Shown here in pieces: positions 59,883 through 64,000 of a stretch of 64,000 bases of DNA. The DNA comes from Antechinus flavipes (lineage: Eukaryota): the NCBI RefSeq assembly GCF_016432865.1, contig NC_067400.1:2170001-2234000 (forward strand), in the 5' to 3' direction. The position numbers and the translations under genes were made by a program. Each line of letters opens with the position of its first letter. Within the stretch, counting starts at the first letter, position 1. The notes beneath the pieces were generated by a model. It saw only the letters and a list, made by a program, of their open reading frames with translations, ran no database searches and was not told where the DNA came from.

Positions 59883-60269
59883 CTGGAAGCATCGTGACAG
59901 CAAACGGAGAAATTGTGAAGCTGTGGGTAAGTTCCCACACTTGGCAGTATACTTTCCAGGGACGTCCACATAGATGATCAAGTGGATGCATACATTGCCA
60001 GAGCTAGCTCAGAGTTTTGGAGGCTCCAAAGGAGAGCGTGGGAGAGGAGGGCATTGGACTGACTGCCAAAATGGAGGCCCCCAGAGCCGCTGTGCTAATC
60101 CCATGTTGTGTGTCTGTGAAAACAGGACAGTCTACCAGTACCATGCCAGGAAACGGAATCGCTTCCATTTGGATCGTCGTAGGACGATTCTGAAGATCGG
60201 CTAGCAGGGTCAGGGGCCAGACACTGAGGTTCTTTCTTGAGCTAAAGTGTCGTAGACATCCCATCTCTA

Positions 60270-60600
60270 CTGCAGAGAGAATGACCCCGGCCGTGTTGTT
60301 TGAATGTCGGACATATGTTTGCTTTAAAGACTATTTGACGTGGAACTCGCACAGTGGAGGAGCTCACTCGGAGATCGGCAGAAATGACGCAAGGATACTC
60401 TCAAAGTCTCTCTGAAGAACTTGGGAATTGCGAGGTATGGGAGACAGTGGTCCAGGACCACCCAGCAAGGCGCATCTGTGTCAAAGAAGGGGCCGTGTTC
60501 TATGAGGAAAGCAAAACTACAGCAGCTCAAAAAAATGAGATGCCCAAATTTAGAGCCGTGTCACTTCCAATGTTAATACGAAGCATTTATGTCTAATCTG
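60270..60600 (+). mobile_element. RTE LINE 3' fragment
   Basis: Degenerate GHVVRM...ELA..R...KDTLKVSLKNLGI..VWET..QDHPARR..KEGAVFYEE, the RTE ORF C-terminus. Confidence 0.7.
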
Positions 60601-61808
60601 TGGTGGAACCTTCTGAGCTTGTACTGGTCTGATCAGCCAAATACACACTAAATCTTGACTCCAATACAGTTTTTGGTCCCCCAGGGAATGGAAGATGACA
60701 AATTCCCATTGGACAGAGGAGGAAACTGAGGCTGAGCAAGATGAAGTAACTGGTTCAGGGTGATCTGAGTGATTGGAGTCAGCTCTTCCTGACTCCAAGT
60801 GCAATAGGCCATAGACTTAGATTGTACAATGCTTTCTCTCAACCTGTCACCTTAATCCAGCCTATCCCTGAAAGCAATCCTTACTCTAACATACCTTTGA
60901 GTGGCCCTCAGCTTCAAGGTGGAGAAGCTCAGTACTCCCTGAGCAGGCAGCTCCTACTTTTGGACCGTCTGAATGACAAGCACTTTTACCTGGTACCAAG
61001 TTGCAATTAGGGTCTCTGCCACTTCCACTCATTAAAATGCCCTCTGGGGTCAAATGGAACCAACCAGAATCCTCCTCCACAGGCTAAGTCAACCAGCTTG
61101 TCCCCCAAGTCCTCTTTCCCAATCTAACTAACACAAGCTCCTTCAGCTCATCCTCCGGTATTGAAGACTGAAGCCCCTTCCCCAAGCTGCTTGTGCTCCT
61201 CAGATCATGAACTAGTTAGTTTATCGAAGTCCTCCTTAACCTGGCATGCCTAGACATTGTTCTCCAGGAGAAATCTGGCAGGTGGAGGACAATAGTACCA
61301 TCATCCGCCTTGTATTCAGGAAGGGCTCTCTGCCTGGCTCCTCCCAATGCAGCCCAACCAAACAGGGAAGAGCCCACTGGCCTGCCCTTTACAGTTTACA
61401 CTGGCTGGTTCTCATTACAACCAGGAGACAGGTAAATAGCAAAGAGCAATGAGAAAAATGTAGACAGGAAATAATTGCATATATTAAGTTTAATCTGCAT
61501 TTTCAACATTTTCTCCAACATTTAAAAATGCAGATTAAACAGATCAAGTGCTGGTTTGTACCAATTGCTGATTTTCAAGGTATAAATGTTCATAATGAAG
61601 TCGAATAATTGGTTTTTATATATCCTAAGAGCTTGTTTAAGCACATCTTTGATTCTAACCCTGTGAGCTTGCTAGTGCCAGTGTTATTACCTATCCCCTA
61701 CTCACACTTGTTTTTACAGAGTGGGAAACTGAGTTGCAGACAAGTGAAACCCATTCCCAGGGACGCTTAGCCACCTAGCCAAAAGCTAGAACTGCAATCG
61801 AGAGTTCT

Positions 61809-62169
61809 TGTAATGTCCGGGCTAGCTTTCTGGAGGTCCTTCGGATGGGTCTTGGTCTCAGCAGATAGACACCATGAGAATGGTCAAGATTCTTTATTCT
61901 GGCCCAGTCTTGATCTTAGTGCAGGAGCATGAGAGCCATCATGAGGCTGGTCAAAGACAGAATGTCTCTCTTCCAGTCCTTCTTAGCCCTTATATACCTT
62001 ATTGTAATTACATCATTAGAGCATACTGATTATATGTGAACTTAGAGAATCATGACATCACCATCCTAAGTACTAAGTATATATTCCAACTAGACAACAA
62101 TCATCTCATCAATTCCACTGAGTTTACACCTTGTTTCAAGTATACTTCTCCAAAGTTCCACCCTCTACA
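61809..62169 (-). mobile_element. Solo LTR, 361 bp, perfect 6-bp TSD AGTTCT (ERV2-like TSD length)
   Basis: AGTTCT(61803-61808)|TGTAATG...CTCTACA|AGTTCT(62170-62175); minus-strand TATATAAG and AATAAA inside. Confidence 0.88.
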
Positions 62170-62399
62170 AGTTCTGATCTCCAGGATTAAGGCTCATCTC
62201 TCCACCCATGGCTGCCCTTGCCTGCTGATGGGAAAGGGGCCATGGCTGAAAAGGAGACAATTGTCACAATGAAAAAAAAAAAGCTTATTCCTAATTTAAG
62301 GACCAAAAATAAATAAATAATAGAACACTGCATATGTACAGCAGAACACAAGAGGATTTTCATAGAGAACTATCAGAAATGGTAGTTTCATACTATTTG

Positions 62400-63790
62400 C
62401 CTTTTTTTTAAGTACACAGTAAGTTTCTCATGTTATTTTCAAAGCTGATCTGTTTATCTATGTTGCCCTCTGACCTTCTTTTAAAAAAAATATTATATTG
62501 GCTTTCTTTTATTGGCACTACTCTTGCTATTCCTTCACCCTTTATATCCCCCTTCTCACATTAAAAAAAAAGAGAGAGAGAAAAATCTTAACAAATAAGG
62601 GGGAAAAAAAAAAGAGTCCACTGAGTATCTGAACACGTATGTCCCCTTCAGTATGTTGTGTCTGTCCATTACTTCGTTCTGTCAGGAGGTTGTGTCCTAG
62701 ATCCTTCGGAGACACAATGAGTCATCACATTCCCATCACCCAACTTGTCTTTTCACATTTTCTTTTCAATAACAACAATGTTGCTCTCCTTATATTCTCC
62801 ATGTTCTAGGAATTTCATTCAGCATGAGTCCACACCTTCCAACACTGTCTAAAACCTCTTGGGTCATTTCTTATGGAACAATATCCCATCACTTTCATAA
62901 ATTTGCCATTCCCCAGCTAAGAAGCAATGCAACGAACGCCCTTGCATTCTAATACTGCAAACTCTTCTTTATTCCTTCTTTTAATTTGCCCCTTTGAGAT
63001 CAGGAAGCTTATTTCACTTGTGACTATTCTCTCCTTGATCTAATTCTTCTTCACTCCATTCCATTCTTTGATTCCCTGCTTGACCCCCAATTGAGTTTGT
63101 TGTATTTCTATACCAAACTCCATGTGTATGTATGTCTGTTCTTTGTTCATTTCTGACACCATTGCCCCCAACCTTTCTCCACATTTGCATGTTCTTCTCA
63201 AATACAGTTATGAGAAACTAAGTTCCACTCCTTTCTTTCTCCTTTCTACACTGGTGTATTCCCCCTTGTCCTCTTCCCTTCTCTTCCCTTTCCTTATATC
63301 CTCAGAACAGAACGACTTTAGCCCCAGGATCTCTATTTTTCTTACTGAACCCCTTCAATACTCTTTGAGGTTATTAAGGTTCCTCAGGAGCACATTTCCC
63401 CTTTCTTGTTAAAATGTTCCAAAAGTTCAAGGCTTTTCTAGTCTTTTGTATTTGCAATTCAAGCACTAATCTTTTCATCTGTAAAAATACTCTGTTTTGT
63501 TAAGTATCCATTTTCTCCCCTACAAAATTATACTCAGCTTTGAAAGTTATTCTTGCTTGTAAGCCCATGTCTTTTGTCCTATAGAATATTGTAGTCAAAA
63601 CCCGCCTCTTGTTTAGAAGTCGCCAAATGTTGTTTTATCTTGATTGTGGTGTCTTGGTGTTTGAATTCCTTCTTCCAGGATGTTTGTAGTATTTTTTCTT
63701 TGACATGGAAATTTTGGATCTTGTTCACATTTCTGGAGCTTTTCCTTCTGGGGTTCTTTTCAGGAGCTGATCAATAGATTCTTTCTAGGA
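62400..63790 (-). mobile_element. Degraded L1 fragment(s)
   Basis: AT-rich, T-skewed sequence resembling antisense L1; boundaries approximate. Confidence 0.5.
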
Positions 63791-63805
63791 TTTTTTTTCC
63801 CCACC

Positions 63806-63941
63806 TGGAGGCAATTAGGGTTACTCGACTTGCCCAGGGCTACACAGCCCTGGAATTGTTAAGTGTCTGAAACTAGATGTGAACTCAGGTCCTCCTGACT
63901 TCAGGTCTGGTGCTCTATTCACTTCACCACCTCGCTGGCCC
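63806..63941 (-). mobile_element. Marsupial-type core-SINE
   Basis: Reverse strand GGTGGTGAAGTGAATAGAGCACCAGACCTGAAGTCAGGAGGACCTGAGTTCACATC...GGGCAAGTC...AACCCTAATTGCCTCC. Confidence 0.8.
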
Positions 63942-64000
63942 CCTCCTTTTTTTTTTTTAAACCGAAAGTGTCTTCGATTTTGCCATGGTTCTCAAGGAGT

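Noticed and set aside
59270-60600. Apparent local duplication encoding a novel protein (ORF 58958-59518)
   Set aside because: Both copies are frameshifted 3' fragments of an RTE LINE.
55110-64000. Next syntenic gene (PPP1R2 in human, from memory) or a second APOD copy
   Set aside because: No recognisable exons or CpG island; the region is dominated by repeats.

Overview
Vertebrate genomic DNA, GC-rich and minisatellite-dense, with two N gaps. It is almost certainly marsupial, judging by the marsupial-type core-SINEs alongside L1, RTE, CR1, L2/MIR and solo LTRs. Three protein-coding genes were reconstructed by hand from splice signals: (1) the 5' half of BDH1 on the minus strand, with CDS exons at 5372-5290, 4968-4899, 4313-4203 and >1308-1184 and a CpG-island promoter at ~9.2-10.8 kb; (2) an intact 19-coding-exon, 631-aa very-long-chain acyl-CoA dehydrogenase (ACADVL/VLCAD)-like gene on the plus strand (18089-43042); (3) APOD on the plus strand (CDS 51867-54667, 188 aa). 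The main finding is gene 2. Its exon lengths match human ACADVL almost exon for exon, but it is much more divergent than a marsupial orthologue should be. It sits between BDH1 and APOD, in the DLG1 (3q29-type) paralogon rather than the DLG4-ACADVL-DVL2 (17p13-type) locus, so it is probably a whole-genome-duplication paralogue of ACADVL that eutherians lost. It also carries active-site substitutions that hint at a different substrate. All comparisons with human or mouse sequences are from memory, not from a database search. The long ORFs in the supplied track are tandem-repeat artefacts.
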